The position numbers and the translations under genes are program-made. The notes under the pieces were generated by a model. It did not search any database, was not told the DNA's origin, and saw only the letters and a program-made list of their open reading frames with translations. This document shows, piece by piece, positions 35,880 through 51,022 of a stretch of DNA of 64,000 bases. How positions within the stretch are numbered: the stretch's first letter is position 1; each line of letters opens with the position of its first letter. This DNA comes from Octopus vulgaris (lineage: Eukaryota), in contig OX597822.1 of NCBI GenBank assembly GCA_951406725.2, positions 51,336,001 through 51,400,000 on the forward strand, written 5' to 3'.

Positions 35880-36665
35880 CCGCCTTAGCAAAGGCGGAGG
35901 TATTGTTTCTAGTCGTGTTTGGTTGTTTGTCGCGGATGGATTCGGATGAAACTTTCAGGGATGTTTTGTCTCATGACTGGCACAAACTCTTCAGATTTTG
36001 AAATCGATCCGGTACCAGACAAGGATTCTGGATTATTTATTTACATATTTGTATATTTACATCAAATGCATGCAGTATTACGATCTTACGTTGAATTTCA
36101 AGTATTTCTCTGATTGTCTCCCTATAACAATAATAAATTTAATTTTTCCTCGACAATTTTTAGTTTTACCAATTTTGAATATTTTGCTCCTGTTTAAAAC
36201 CTCTTACCTGCTTGACAACTGCATTTCTAGCTCTGCCTTCAAGAAAGCTTTACTTCTTAGACTTACGCTTTTGTACGCAACAATGTTGTTAAACTTCCGT
36301 TAACAGCACCTTAGGCAGGTCCTTTCCGTTTTCTTTCACGCATGGATAACCTTTCAATATAGACCTTAATGTTCGTAAAGACACTATAACACTGGATAGA
36401 CTAAAAAAAAAGGCCTTCGTAGAGAGAACTGTCCCATTTTCCACTGCAGGCGGCACGAACACAGCATTACAAACATGACTCGCACACCCACCTTTACATT
36501 CTATGACTACCATTGGTATCACGCAGGTGCCGGACAAGTACTATGGATTATTTTTCCAGTTTTTTAATTAATTTTTGAGAGCGGTCGCGTGCATTTTTAG
36601 TATTCTCGTTTGTGAGAGCAGTCGAGTTTATTTCAGACATTCTCATTTTAAAAATTATCGCCGGC
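35874..36665 (+). mobile_element. Helentron-associated (HINE/pearl/DINE-like) non-autonomous element with internal insert
   Basis: Begins ttaccccgccttagcaaaggcggaggtattgttt (subterminal hairpin ccgcc/ggcgg), then gttt repeats and 'atggattcggatgaaactt', 'gatccg...ggattctggattatttt'. Confidence 0.55.
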
Positions 36666-39600
36666 CAATCGTTAAGATCATCATCATCATCATCATTATC
36701 ATCATCATCATCATCATCACAATCATTATCCTCATGACCATCGATAGCATTAGTTTATATTCTTACACTTATGTTAACATCATCTTCATCCTTACCATAC
36801 ACCATAAAAACTTTTGCGTTCAATTGTACTAAGCACAGATCTTTTAGTAATGCGAACACTACTTAAAACCATTTCGAAGATTCCCTAGTATACAGAATAT
36901 AACTTAGTCATGACTTCTCCCCATGTGCCAAAATTCCAATGCCTTCCTGCTTACCAGGTAGCAGTTTGGGTGTTGTGCTCTGCACAGCATTTTCCATAGG
37001 GAGAATTTTGACCCGTGTCTTTCAAAATCTCTCTATCTTTCTGGCTAAGTTCTGATATTTTTTATTTTGTTTTTGGCTTCCTTCACATCCGTGATTACAA
37101 ATTACGTGATTATGAAGTAAATTATTTTACTCAATCTTTCATTCATCGTTCTTAAATTTATTTTTGCCAGTGTAGTATGTTCAGTCACTTTGTTTCATTT
37201 AGTATGCCCATGTAATATTTTCTTATGTCAGTAAAAAAAAGCTCTTCTTCTTCCCAGCTTATGGAGGAAAATTTTAAAATATGTCAGATACAAGGATGTT
37301 AGAAGCATATTACAAACTTCTAGAAAAATGAAGACCAAGTTCAATAACTATCTGCTGCGAAATCAGGTCCCCACCCCGCCTTTTCAGTAAATATATTTAC
37401 TAATTGTATATAGTATAAATATGGGTAGACAGAGGTAGAGATGAAACATAGACAACTGTTCAATGAAATGTAGTAAATGTTGTTGGATGTTTTAGTCCTT
37501 AGCGACAGCAGCGTTTCCGAGACTAAACCGCTCGAACTAGAGTGGGCTGGTCAGGTATTTTAGACGGTCAACACATTTCTAGTAATATTTTGTTCAATAG
37601 TGTAGCAAACGCAGTGGCATTTTGGGTGCATACAGTGGGTGGGTGTGAACAGTGGAAAACGATGCAAACTTCGCAAATTTTTCGCAAACTTCCAAATGTC
37701 TACGAGTTTGGACTTATATTACTCCTATCTTCAAAAGTGGAAATAGTCTTTTCGTAGATGGTCGTATAGTTGATATTTAGATAGAAATTTCGTTAACTGA
37801 AAATTAGCGTAAACTATCCAGAATGTGTGTTCGACGACTACAGGGGGCCAAAACTCATCAACTGTACAATCCACATTAAACACGCCATAGAGGAGAGAGC
37901 CGGATATAGACGACGTATATCCCGATACGGAAAAGTTTCTGCCATTAAAACAAATCCATTACCGATATACATTTATAATAGTTCTATTATGGTATATTCC
38001 GTTTAAACGGTGAGAATCTCTTTCTCCCTCTTTCTCCCTTCCCCTCTCTGTCTTTTCATTTTAATTATCAATACACACACATACATACACATATATGCAT
38101 GTGTGCGTGCGTTTGTGCGTATTAGTGTGTGTGTGTGTGTATGTGTGTGTGCGCGTGTGTGTGTGTTTGCGTGTGTGTGTGCGCAAGTGTGTGCATTTGT
38201 ATATGTGTTTTTGTATGTAAATGTTGTGCTCTAATGTAATACTATGTCTGCCAGTGATTCTACTTAGGCTTACGAGGTTTGTGTGGGAAGACTTTCTATT
38301 TTCTTTCTCGATATCTTCCAACAAAACCGGACTGATTTCTGAGTACAAATCCTAAGAGATGTGTGGACGTCAAAATAAAGAGTGAGTAAAATGTTACATT
38401 TATAAGTTTAGTAAACTGTCACATTAACTTGAATTTGAACAAGTGAATGTTAGATGAATTATGCCCAAAGTTTCACTTAATCACCTGGCGAAACAACCTA
38501 CTAGAAAAAGCAACAAAATCCCCTACAACCGTTTTACAAAGCAAAACTTTTGACGAAATGTGTTCATAAGTCGCGGAAGTCATGGGCACTAAAGAACAGA
38601 GTTACAAAGATGACCGTATATGAGTAAGCATCAATATGTTGAAGAGTTTAGTAAAATTATTAAAGAATATAATTATTAAAGACGATTGGAAAGGTGTTAA
38701 ATATACGTTTAGTTGAAGTTTGGAAAACTTTCGTCGTACTGTGGTTAAAGAAGACCCTAGGCTAAAGAAGGATATAGAATGAAACAACCTCAATCAGCAA
38801 TGGCCGTCATTATAAAGCGTGGAAAGTGTGATTTGTAAATGGAAACTTTCAAATACCAAGGCTTTAAGGTATGAGTAATACTGCAAATTGGTAGTTCTCA
38901 TTTTAAAAAGATCATCATTCACTGTTTTTAACAGAAATATTATGTAATATGCATAAAAATCTCCTCTGGGGACTACAATTCAGTCCAACCTTTAGAATGT
39001 AGCATGGAAGTTAAAAGTATATCATTGTAAATTATAATTGCAATGGGGAAAGTTAGTTTCCAAAAATGAAGATAATGCAATAAACTTTAGATTCTCATTT
39101 TCATAACAGGTTTTACAAAATCTAAATGAATTTCTACTAAAGTGTATATTTATATTTTATGTTTCCTTTCGTTTTTTTTTTAAACTTGCAGTGTAACCCA
39201 ATGAACGTGTATACGATTTTTCATTGATTTATAAAAATCTTTCTTTCAAAAGACTTTTATACACATATTTAAGTTCATTGGAGACCTACAATGTTTTAAG
39301 AATGTGAACACCTCTTCCAGAAGTTAATATAATCTACTTATTACATTAACTCACCTCCTCTTGATGATAACACTTCTGATAGTGAAATTATAAGAGGAAT
39401 CGTATTTATTTATTTATTAATCGTAATATAAGTATTTTGTTATGTTTTGTAGCAGTTTCCGGTATCCATTATATTTTTCACTTATTCAATGCCAGAAACA
39501 TTTTAAATAACAATAAAATGTGCCTTCAGCCTATACCATTGAAATACATTACACCACATGTAATTTCGCTTCGATATATCGATGGAGATTGCACTATAGT

Positions 39601-42600
39601 TGCCATCTCAAACACTTTTTATCGTGACCATTATACACATTATTATTCATGAAACAACCACACACCTTACGAAGATTTTACTTATTTCTCTTACTCTTAT
39701 TTCATTAATTCACACTCTACTCATATATATGTAGTGTGTATGTATATTTAAATCTCCCTTCCCAGTGTAACCAAACATAAGATATAGCTTAAGTTACCTA
39801 CTGGGGAATGATATAACGTGACTTGTTTGTGTTATCTTACCTCAGTACTTTTGATCATTATGGTCAGTTAGCAGCAGCAAAATTCTTGTACGCATGAAAT
39901 ACTACGGCCATGATATATGAGTGCATTACTCTGTCAGTAAACAATGTCTAGATAAATTTTCAAATACTTTAATCAAAGAACAGTCTTCTTGCTAGCGTGA
40001 CTAACCTTAACATATTTATTTCACTGCAGAATATATTAAAGATTTTTTTTGTGTCGTTTCCTTCAAATACTCTAATACTGTTAGATCTATTCTATGTCTC
40101 TGTAGTCTGTTCTTTGATTTTCTATATCCAACAAGAGAGAAGACATAAAATTTATACAACGACTGCACTGACATCATGATATACATATTAATATCTATTC
40201 ATAATACCTTCGCTAAAATTTTCATTTAGTACTTTATATTTACTACTTTCATAGTTTGCAAGAATATTAAAATGTATAAAACATAAGTCCTTAGAGACTA
40301 TTTTTAATCTCGCTACTATGTGCTTATGTCGCCAAACTTATATTTACACGTACGTAGGTGTGAGACAACCCTTATATATGTATATATGTATTTATATGAG
40401 TGTGTGTTTGTGTGTGAGTGTGTATGTTGGTTCATATGTATACAAATATCTCATTAGATTATATTTATATATCATTGCAATCTATATGGTATGGTATACA
40501 AATAACCATCTAAGATGATAGTATGCTAGTAAGATTATTAGTATTGTATGATATAACACGTGTCTGTTTCTCTCGTCTCCAAAATATGTGTCGATATTGC
40601 TTATACATATAAAATTAAAATTCCTTAAAGCTAACTAAAAAGCTAATGAGTGTTCAATCAAAAATATCTAAAGTCTGTTCCCAGAGGGAAAGTTGGTATA
40701 ATCTCTTTCTCCACAAGTGCATACCCCACTATGTGCTAATACATTAATATTAGTACAGGAAATTAAATATTCACTGCAATTGACACATCATCCTAAGCAT
40801 ATTACTGACATCACATTTCTCAGGTAGCTCAACCGATGAAAAAAGAATATTGACTTTTTCACCGAAGGCCATTCTAAAAAATATGATATCGTCAGGGTAA
40901 TGAAAAAATTAGAATATTCTTGCCATCATAACCACAATGATGATGAATTCAAGCAATGTTGCAATGTATGATGTCGCTCATTTTGATATTCCAACGTTTT
41001 CACAATGAATTTTGATGCGAATAATCCTCTACTTACAAATATTATTCTGTTCAACCATCTCTATCAACAATAATTCTGTAATAAATGAAATGTTAACTCT
41101 CTCATTATTACGTGTTCCAGACCTTGGAAACTTGTAGCTCCCTATAGTGAACAGGGAAGATATATCTTAAATTAACCATTGACAATGAATGACCATATAA
41201 TACATAACCATACAAGTATGAAGATAGCTCTCATAAACATATACACATATATCTCGGCTATTGAGTTCTGTTTGTAGATTTTACTATCGCAAGCCTTATT
41301 ATTAAGGCAAGTTAAAACATAGTTTATGCAGATGTGTAGTTTTAATTGTCGAAAGAAATAAACACTCGAGTTACAAAATAAAGTCTATAGTGGCCGTTTG
41401 TAATATTTTGGTCAGTGTTAAAAGATATGCACAGCGAACCAGTACTTATTTGGCAGTAGAATCCCCTGAAATTATTATTTTTTATTGAAAAAGTACCAGA
41501 ATGGTTACATCCTTATGTTTCTTTTACCAATCTCAAAATTTATCCGTTCACCATTCAGCGCTACGACTATGAATATTTTAGCTTGAAAAAAACGAATAAT
41601 TTTGTGACATTTGCTGCAAATTACATCATATTTCTCTGTGCATTTCAAGTAAATGTTTAGCTCAAAATCAGTTGCAGAGGAGTTTCTGACTCGGTTCATG
41701 ATATTAAAGTTTACGATTTTGTTAATCCCTTAAGATATTGATAGGTGTGGGCTTCGAGTTTTTCGTGCAATTTATCCTGAACATAACTACATCAACGTCA
41801 TAATTCACTGGCGTTGTTTGTTTTCTAAGATACGCCTTGAATATGAGGTGGAGTAGTGAAGTTGTTTAACAGGGTACAAATAGTTTCAATATATAGGAAT
41901 GTCTGAAATGCATCGAAGTTTGGGGAGACATGTGACTTCTTGAATAGCGGAATTGACTACCGCTTGACAATTTTCGCCTCACAGTAAAGCTTAAGAACAG
42001 CGTAGATACATTCAATAACACATTCGTTAAATTGTTCTAATAATTTTTGCGTAAGATTTCCATATTACTAGGTAAGGCGATGTTTTTATATGTACTTCCG
42101 GTATAAGGATAATAAACAAACAGCTGTTTGAATTTCAAGGATCTACTAGCATTTCATCTTATCGACAATGCGATACGATATGTTGCTGATTTATACGTTG
42201 GGAACATTACTGCTTTGATCCAAAAGGTTCTAGATAAGAAACGTTATTATTTTCTGCAATATATAAAACTAGATGCGTAGTTACCTCTTTCTATAAAACA
42301 TTTTATTTACATTGGACATTCCTTAGCTGTCTTTATGTCAGCATATGCTTATTTCTCAAATTCTGTAGAGGTTAATGATAGCTAAACACTAAACAGTTAC
42401 TGAGGAACCATAGTCTACTTTCTTCCCAGTAACATTGTACCATTGTCGTGGGACAATGAGGAGCAAATATATAACGGATATTATTAGACAATAATCAGAT
42501 AAACGAGACAGAAAAACTAATCAACAAAATCAAAAAGGAGTCAAATTTCCAAAGTGTACTCCATTACGAAGGACCTCATATGGTTCAATGTCTTTTGAAA

Positions 42601-43889
42601 AATTAAAGGTTGCTCTACGAAGATATGTTGTTAAAGAAAGAGGAAGCTGGGTATGATCTTATTAGGATTAAGAACACATAAATCAGTTTGAGATGTTTTA
42701 TGAAATGATATTTATATTGTATCGTTAACAAAAATGTTTTCTTACTACCCGCAACAAGCACCATGATAGATCGAAGTTTACTGGTTTGGTAGGTATAATA
42801 TTATTCGTAGTTGTGGGTTAGCATGTCACGGGTTTTACTGCGTCCGCTGTTCATCAATTTTGTGTTATGACAGTGATTTGGCCATCTGCTGGTTCTGCTA
42901 TTGTCTAGCGAATCGCTGTGCTGTCTCTGGTCTTCTGTCCGTTGACTGTTATCTGCCCGTGGTGGCTAAAATGTGCTACAATTGTTAGATCATGTTCCCA
43001 ACAAAGTATTAAATGGACAGATTTTTTTTTAGGTGTTGTCTATATTTTAGCAAATTGGGATCGTGTTTTCTTGAGTTGGATTTTTGAATCGGATATAGTG
43101 ATCCAGCTGCGGTTTCAAAGTTTTGAAATTATTGAATATTTAGGCTGCATGACGTCGCTGCCAGTGACGAATCTTGTTCAGGCTGAATTGTATGAAACGA
43201 GACAGATGCAGGAATTGCGAATGTGAAATATATAAAAAAGTATCCATTAGAAAAGGGTGACTAAAAATGTTAGTGAAATTTCATAGATGGCGAGAAATTA
43301 TAGAATTGAAAGTACTATCCAGAAGACTTCTTGTGCATTATGTATTGCTGTTTTATACATGACATATTAAACAAATGCGTGCTTCAAAATTCTGTAATGC
43401 CAGAAATATGAAAAAGTGAAATCAGAATTGTGGTTAAATGTTTCGCAGGAGTAAAATTGTAAAAATACTAGAAAAGAAGATTTGATGAGAATACCTATAT
43501 GTATGTGAGCTGATGAATGCGTGGTATGTGTAACTGAGTAAGTAAGTCCATCGTACATATCCATGTGCATGCACACCAGTTAGTCGGTGAAGTGTCAATA
43601 AGATATTGGTGGAATTATATCGATAGTCTATTAAGACATTAAACAAACATTCATTATTCTCGTTCATGCAGAACAGCAGTAAACCTATGGGTACATTTTA
43701 GTGATGCCGGTTCCAGTATGTGGAGGACAGGTGGTCAGATGTATGTTTGTTTCTTTACAGGCCTAAAATTTTGATGTTTTTATTTTATGAATTATAAGTG
43801 TTGTACATACTAGACGTGCTTATGTGTGTGTGGTGGGGGTGTTATTACTACATGTTTCAGACAAGGTCACTCACACACACACACACGAA

Positions 43890-44040
43890 CACACACGTTT
43901 TATCTTTCAGTTGTTTCAAGTATTGTACTGCTACCATGATTGGGCAAGAATTTTTTAACCGGAGGAAAATGACCCTAGTACTTATTTTTTGTGACCTCTG
44001 ACACTAATTGTGTCTGTTTGTTTTGCTGAGCCGCTAAGTT
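43890..44040 (-). mobile_element. SINE 3' fragment, diverged
   Basis: ttttatctttcagttgtttcaag...ctaccatg...gtacttatt...gctgagccgctaagtt resembles 7950-8090. Confidence 0.5.
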
Positions 44041-44880
44041 ATCTTAAGTCTATACTATACAAAGGTATAAAGACTCCGCTAAAACTAAACATTTGAGTGT
44101 CAACACTTCTATGATTTATTGTTGCATGTTATATTTTCTGAAGGGTATCTTTTGTTGCTTTATTGCTTGCATAAACTTCAAGGATCGCAGTTTACCATCT
44201 CACAATATTACATACGTGGGGCATACTTATTTCGATATCCAGTGTATTTACTTGACTTTAGAATATTTGAATTATACCTATAATGCAATATCAGTACTTA
44301 TTGAAGAGACTTTGGGAATATGCATGCTAAGTAACAGCGAAACACTCTTATTAGAGAAAACAGAGCATGTTATTTTCTGTCAACTCCTAATGGCCTGTTT
44401 TCTTTTATACTACAAATAGATTTAGAAGGTATAAAAGCAATGATATTGTAATACAACAATACACACACACATTATATTTGTTTGTTTGCATGTGCATTTA
44501 TAAATTTATTAATATAAGCATATATAGATATGTACATGTATGTATATATATAAATATGTATCAGTCTTTCTATCGGCCTCTCTACCTGCCTGTCTGTCTA
44601 TCTGTCTATATATTCACACACATATATATATATATATATAAACATATATGCGCACATATATACATGCATGTATATATATATATACACACACATATATATA
44701 TACATATGCATATGCATTTTTAAGTATTTCTATGTAGGTATGTATGTATATATCTATAATATACATCTATATCTATCTATATATGTGTGTGTATATACGT
44801 ATGTATGTATGTATGTTTAGGTACATATACACGAATATAAATACATGTGTGTGTGTGTCAGTGCATGTGCGTCTGACTGA

Positions 44881-44914
<34 letters not shown>

Positions 44915-45434
44915 ATGCGTGTGCGTGTATGTATGTTTTCCAATTGAACAATACCTTTCGAAGTATATTAAATGCTGAGTGGTGTTCCGTGCACAAGAGG
45001 AGTTAAGATATTAATGTAAATAGACATTCAAATTTCCATAAATCACTTGCTACGTTAGAAGTTTCTTATTCAATTGAACTTATACAAGCTTTATTAGAAT
45101 TTCCATTTACCTGTATTCGTAGTTACCGATGTAATTGTCTGTCATTGGAAATAGAAAATAGATCCTGTTCAAAACATAGGAAACTATCTGTTAGCATATA
45201 AATGAAATACAAATTATATTACTTCGTGCCTGTATCAAATCTTGCACATTTCACGCAAACGTGCACTTTCTTCGTGTAACATCTTACTTCTGCCAACTAC
45301 ACGGCAGGTGCAAAACAATAACAGGAAAATAAACAGCTGACCGATGACGTGATCTTTTACAACGTTATGCTACTCTGAGAAGCCTTGTACATATCCACAC
45401 TGATTTTTACATACACACATAGCTATACATGTAC

Positions 45435-45492
<58 letters not shown>

Positions 45493-45650
45493 ATATATAT
45501 TTATGTATGTATATCTATCTATCTCTCTCTCTCTCTTTCTCTCTCTATCTCTCTCTCTCCCTTATATATATATATATATATAGATAGATAGATAGATATA
45601 GATATAGATATAGATATACATAATACATAAATATATACATATATATATAC

Positions 45651-45701
<51 letters not shown>

Positions 45702-45761
45702 TGTGTGTGTGTGTATGTATGTATATATTTATGTATGTAAGTATATCTATCTATCTATCTA

Positions 45762-45854
<93 letters not shown>

Positions 45855-46844
45855 GCAACACTGTAATAATAAGTTTGCTTGAACATGTTTCACATCCAGA
45901 CTGACAGAGTAACAGAGACAAGAAGTGCGCTATGTAATTCTTGTTCTTGTATTAACATGTTAATACTGGTGCACATATTACCTTACCCAATGAATGTGTT
46001 AGTATTTATGTTCATTCTGAACTGACAATAAATTATTAGACAATAGATGAACAACGGAATAATAGCATCATAAATCAAATGATACAGTGAGAATATTACT
46101 GGAACATTACTCATGAATATGTTGTATAATTTAAAATAAGTGATTTGTATGTACAGACTATTGTATTCGTTGAAATATCGTTTTTTCTTTTTTTCACTGG
46201 GAATGTTGTCTTATATATTAGTCATACTAAGAATATAAAGTACGATAAAATATACTTGTAATTTGTGTTTTTCGACGATATTTATTATTTTACTCGCATC
46301 ACTCTTACTAACGTACCATTCTTTACAGCAACTTACATTACTTTACATAAGCGCGTGTATAGCTTTATATGCAACACAATCGTTTAATGTAATATCTCAT
46401 ATGACTACGGACATTTTTGTGACTGTATCGTTCCTGTAATTTCACTATACACTAAATCAGTCCAACTATAGTATATGTACGCCAACTGAGATTGAACGAG
46501 ATGATCAATATCTGACACGTACAGTGACTTATAAGATACTTGAATGTGAAATACGATATTAGGAATGGCACCGTTGGAATATATGTGTTTTTGTTATGAA
46601 TGTGCCATTTTCAATACTAGTTCTAATAGTATTTTCGATAGCTTTCGATGAACAACAATTTATCAAATATATGTGGTTTGAGAGCATTGTTTTATATCTC
46701 TCATTGATAAACAGAACAACAGGGACAAAGTGGTATGTTTTTCTGATCAAAATTGCATCATGTATTTCATTTCCAAAAGCAGAACGAATAAATCAGAATG
46801 GCAGTAGATGAATATTGATAAAATATGTATGTGTATACTTATGA

Positions 46845-46965
46845 AACTCGCTTTGCAACCACGCAAACGTGTCTTCGGCAAGTGACTACTATTACTGCTC
46901 CGGACCGACGAATGTCTTGTGAATGAATTTCATAGACAGAAACTCAGCGAAATCTTGTCATAAAA
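46845..46965 (+). mobile_element. SINE fragment, diverged
   Basis: ttcggcaagtgactact...ccggaccgacgaatgtcttgtgaatgaatttcatagacagaaact. Confidence 0.5.
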
Positions 46966-47039
46966 TATTTAGATATACAAACATACACACTCACACACAC
47001 ATATATCATGAACTGTCCCACTGTTGGATGACATATAAC

Positions 47040-47300
47040 GGTTCTACAATTCCTTGCTGAAGAAAAGGAGAGATGGTTTCCTTATATTAATAAAATTCTT
47101 GCGTTCACATGCGCTCTCTCTCCCTCCATATAATCAACATTACTTGAGTAGGTGGCCGACGTGCCACATGTCAGATGACGAAATGGTCACACAGCTACAA
47201 GACATGAAGTGCTTTGCTAAAGAACAAAATGCAACTCCTGGCCTGGGAATTGCGATCTCGTAGTTGTGAGTGCATTACCCTAACCCCTAAGCGAAGCGCC

Positions 47301-47303
<3 letters not shown>
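47040..47303 (-). mobile_element. tRNA-derived SINE fragment (second family)
   Basis: Minus head gaaggcgcttcgcttaggggttaggg...gagatcgcaattcccaggccaggag; 'gaagtgctttgctaaagaacaaaatgca' resembles 54599-54630. Confidence 0.5.
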
Positions 47304-47355
<52 letters not shown>

Positions 47356-47358
<3 letters not shown>

Positions 47359-47712
47359 AATTGAGATAGGGGTTGTAAATGCAACCTTCCATGGGATAAC
47401 ATATATCCAATATACTGCTAGTGAAGTACCCAACAAAGTTAATACATAAATGTTAATGATTGCGATGTAATCAATTCATTTACTGTATTATATGGGCAAA
47501 GGTTAAATGATTTACCACAAATTACTAATACAAAATAAGAAAATGGAGAAATACATCTAAATCAAATATCAATTACCAGATAATACTCAAACACATACTT
47601 TATTAAACCACCACATAAGAGAATTAGGATCCAGAGCGGTATATATTTATGTCCGGGTTCCAGTTGGTAATTTTCCTTATGACATAAATACACTATTGGA
47701 TTTGGATTTAAA
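47356..47712 (-). repeat. Internally deleted copy of the 23034-23985 element (hammerhead segment absent)
   Basis: caaattgagataggggttgtaaatgcaacc...tttattaaacca(c/t)cacataagaga joined directly to attaggatcc...taattttccttatgacataaata. Confidence 0.9.
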
Positions 47713-47763
47713 ACTATATATGTCCGGGTTCCATATATATATATATATATATACAATGTAAAT

Positions 47764-47893
47764 AGGTGCAGGGGTGGCTATGTTGTTAGAATTTGCTTCC
47801 CAACGACAAGGTTCTGGGTTCAGCCCCACTGCCTGGCTTTCACTATAGCCTCGGACCGACCAAAGCCTTGTGAGTGAACTTGGTATAATGTCG

Positions 47894-47925
<32 letters not shown>

Positions 47926-48068
47926 GTGTGTGTGTGTGTGCGTGTCTGTGTGTGTGTAGGTGTGTGTGCAGGTGTGTGTGTGTGTGTTGGTGTCTTTTGT
48001 GTTTGCCCTTCCCACCATCGCTTCACAACCTATGCTTGTGTGTTTACGTCACCTTAACTTAGCAGTTC
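47764..48068 (+). mobile_element. tRNA-derived SINE, diverged and 3'-truncated
   Basis: ggtgcaggggtggctatgttg...gggttcagccccactgc...gaccaaagccttgtgagtg...gtttacgtcaccttaacttagcagttc. Confidence 0.75.
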
Positions 48069-48531
48069 AAAGAGTAGATTGGCTGACATTTCCTTTTGAA
48101 AGTTAGGAGCGTGTTATCCATGGATTTGCGTATTTTTATCAGGTCTAACAATTTAGTACAGTACAGTTGTTAGCACAGTAAAGTAAATGTTATTCATTTT
48201 CACCTTTTCTGTATGCTATTTCAGATAACAGTTTGGCCAAGAAATGTTGTAGAAGTACATTGAAACGATAGCGATACTTCACAGAATTTATTATTTAACA
48301 CATATCAATAGATGTCCACATCTTACAAAGGAGCATGAATAACGTCCTGTGAAATTATACCTTTATAACCAATAGGGCTATGCAAAAGAATTATGTGGAA
48401 CATTACGATAATGGCATACATTTGAGGAAACAAACGCAAATAAAGCATGCATGTGCACGTAAACACACGCTCACACGCATGCATGCTTATATATATGTAT
48501 ATATATATACACGCACATATGTAGATATATA

Positions 48532-48632
<101 letters not shown>

Positions 48633-49322
48633 GTATGTATGTATGTACCTATATATGTTTATATGTATATATATAAATATGCATATCTGTATATATGTGT
48701 ATGCGTTATGCGTGTATATATATGTATGAATATAAATATACATCCATACATATATATACATACATATATATACATTTGTGTTTGTGCCAGTGTACTTATG
48801 TGCTATAATCAAAAAGATTATGTTCTATGCGCATACATTAAGCAATTATGAATTTATAGAGTTATGCATGAAAGTAAACCATCTCAGAATACTCATTATT
48901 TCAATTATCTGAAAAGAAAACGCATAATTCCGTAAGTATTATATCCAAACATGTAGCAGGTTATATTTCATCAGGGAAACTTGCATGATATTTCTGAATC
49001 AGCGTTTAACTTAAATCTGTTGTTAACTTGAGTTGAAAAAAGAATGTGTCACAACGTCGTTTATGTGCAAATGTTATGGTTATGTATTTATATATCCACG
49101 CACCGATAACCGATAAAAATTACCTCCGAGAAAGATGTTGTTATGTTATGGAATATTAATGAATTAGTGTATGATAGGAAAGTATTTACTACTCAAAACA
49201 TGTCTCAATCAATTATTTCTCTAAGGATTGCAATCATTAGCTCTGCTACACTTCACATGAACAAAATATATTAGCATTACAAACGTATAGTAAAAAAGAA
49301 GAAGAAATTCCATTATATATTA

Positions 49323-49354
<32 letters not shown>

Positions 49355-49359
49355 GTAGG

Positions 49360-49455
<96 letters not shown>
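49323..49455. repeat. (GATA)n microsatellite
   Basis: Direct tandem tetranucleotide array. Confidence 0.95.
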
Positions 49456-49456
<1 letters not shown>

Positions 49457-50304
49457 GAGGGGGTATCTAAAAGAAACTAGAATTTTGCAACATTACACTT
49501 TTCTTGCCTACAAATTATTCTGTATTTGAAGCAATGCATTTGCCCAGATGCGTTCGAAGCAGTGTTTGAACTCTTGCGAAGTGATGCCTTTTAACGCCTC
49601 TGTCGATTCTTTTCGTCACCCCTCCCACATCTGCAAATTCCGTAACACCAACTTTCGTCACCAGTGATGACCTTCGAAAAACGGTCAAATTCAATGTTCT
49701 TTCAGTTCACGACACGCATTCAGTCGTAATCGCTTTTGATCTTCCGTGAGCAAGCGAGGCACAAATTTTGCTGCTTCTCTTTTTATTTGCAATTCCTCGC
49801 CCAAAAGCATTGAAATAATGAATATTCTGAGCTGGTTTACTTTCATGCATAGCTCTATAAATTCATAATTACTTTAATGTATGCGCATAGAGCTTAACCT
49901 ATCTGTTGGCAGGAGCTCCAGGACACACCAGTCATATCAAAAGATCATTTCATGAATGTTTATGATGCTTTCGTTCCTTTGGGTCGAGGTGTGTCCTCAA
50001 GCAAAACGTAACCATTCCTAAAGCATGAAAACCACTCATAAACTTGTGTTTTGCTCATAACGGCATCGTCGTAAGCTGTTTGAGACATGACAACTGTTTC
50101 GGCTACCGTTTTCACCAGCAGGGAATGAAGGAAGCACGTCATCGCTAAAATCGACGAACACGGAAGCAGCACTGCAAAACAAAGACGCACACGTGTAGTA
50201 CGACGTCAGCCAAATATCAAGTGGCTTCTAGCGGCGGAAATCTGAGCAACAATGGGCTTCTCCCACATAGAACATTTCCAGTTACTTTTGAGTACTCCCT
50301 CGTA
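49456..50304 (-). mobile_element. Mariner, internally deleted (same family as 4163-5441)
   Basis: LLVKTVAETVVMSQTAYDDAVMSKTQVYEWFSCFRNG; KVITGDESWCYG fused to FADV; ends tacgagggagtactcaaaagtaactggaaatg / gagggggtatctaaaagaaactagaattttgc. Confidence 0.85.
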
Positions 50305-50756
50305 TAACTATACATATACATATTTATATGTGTATATCTATATATATACATACACACATATGCACATATGCACATTATATACATACATATATCTATGCAT
50401 GTATGCATGTATACATATAGTGATAGAGAAATATGACCCGAAAAGCACATGTTGTAGGAAGTTATTAATCATCAAGCATGCACAAATCCTGTACAGATGA
50501 CATAATGCGGCTAATATTCGATCAACAACATTTGTTAATCAACATAGGTTTTACGCTGCATCGCATACGGAATTAGATTGAAAACTTTGATAAGATAACA
50601 GCCACTATATGACTCAACATTTTGCAACGACGGTAGCGAATTATGCAACTGTAAATTAAAGGATGCAAGGAATGATTAAGATTAAACTTTACTATATGCG
50701 TTTCCCAGGCAATCTGAGCATGTCTTACGTTAAACACACACACACACATACATACA

Positions 50757-50825
<69 letters not shown>

Positions 50826-50973
50826 GAGATGTACATGCATAGCAAATGACCTGATCTGAGATCGTGTGGTGGAACGAAAAGAGTTGCAGCGTGGAAGGTG
50901 TTTATAACCCATGTTAGAAACACACAACATTCGTTAGATTCACTTCAACATTCGTCACTTTGAGACCGCGGCA

Positions 50974-51022
<49 letters not shown>

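Noticed and set aside
35185-36001. Long poly-Ser/Leu, poly-His, poly-Met and poly-Asp/Asn ORFs
   Set aside because: Products of a trinucleotide microsatellite open in several frames; flanks are repeat elements.
40822-40896. Plus-strand mini-exon (ttctcag...gg|gtaatg)
   Set aside because: Such AG/GT pairs are expected by chance; no partner exons or homology.
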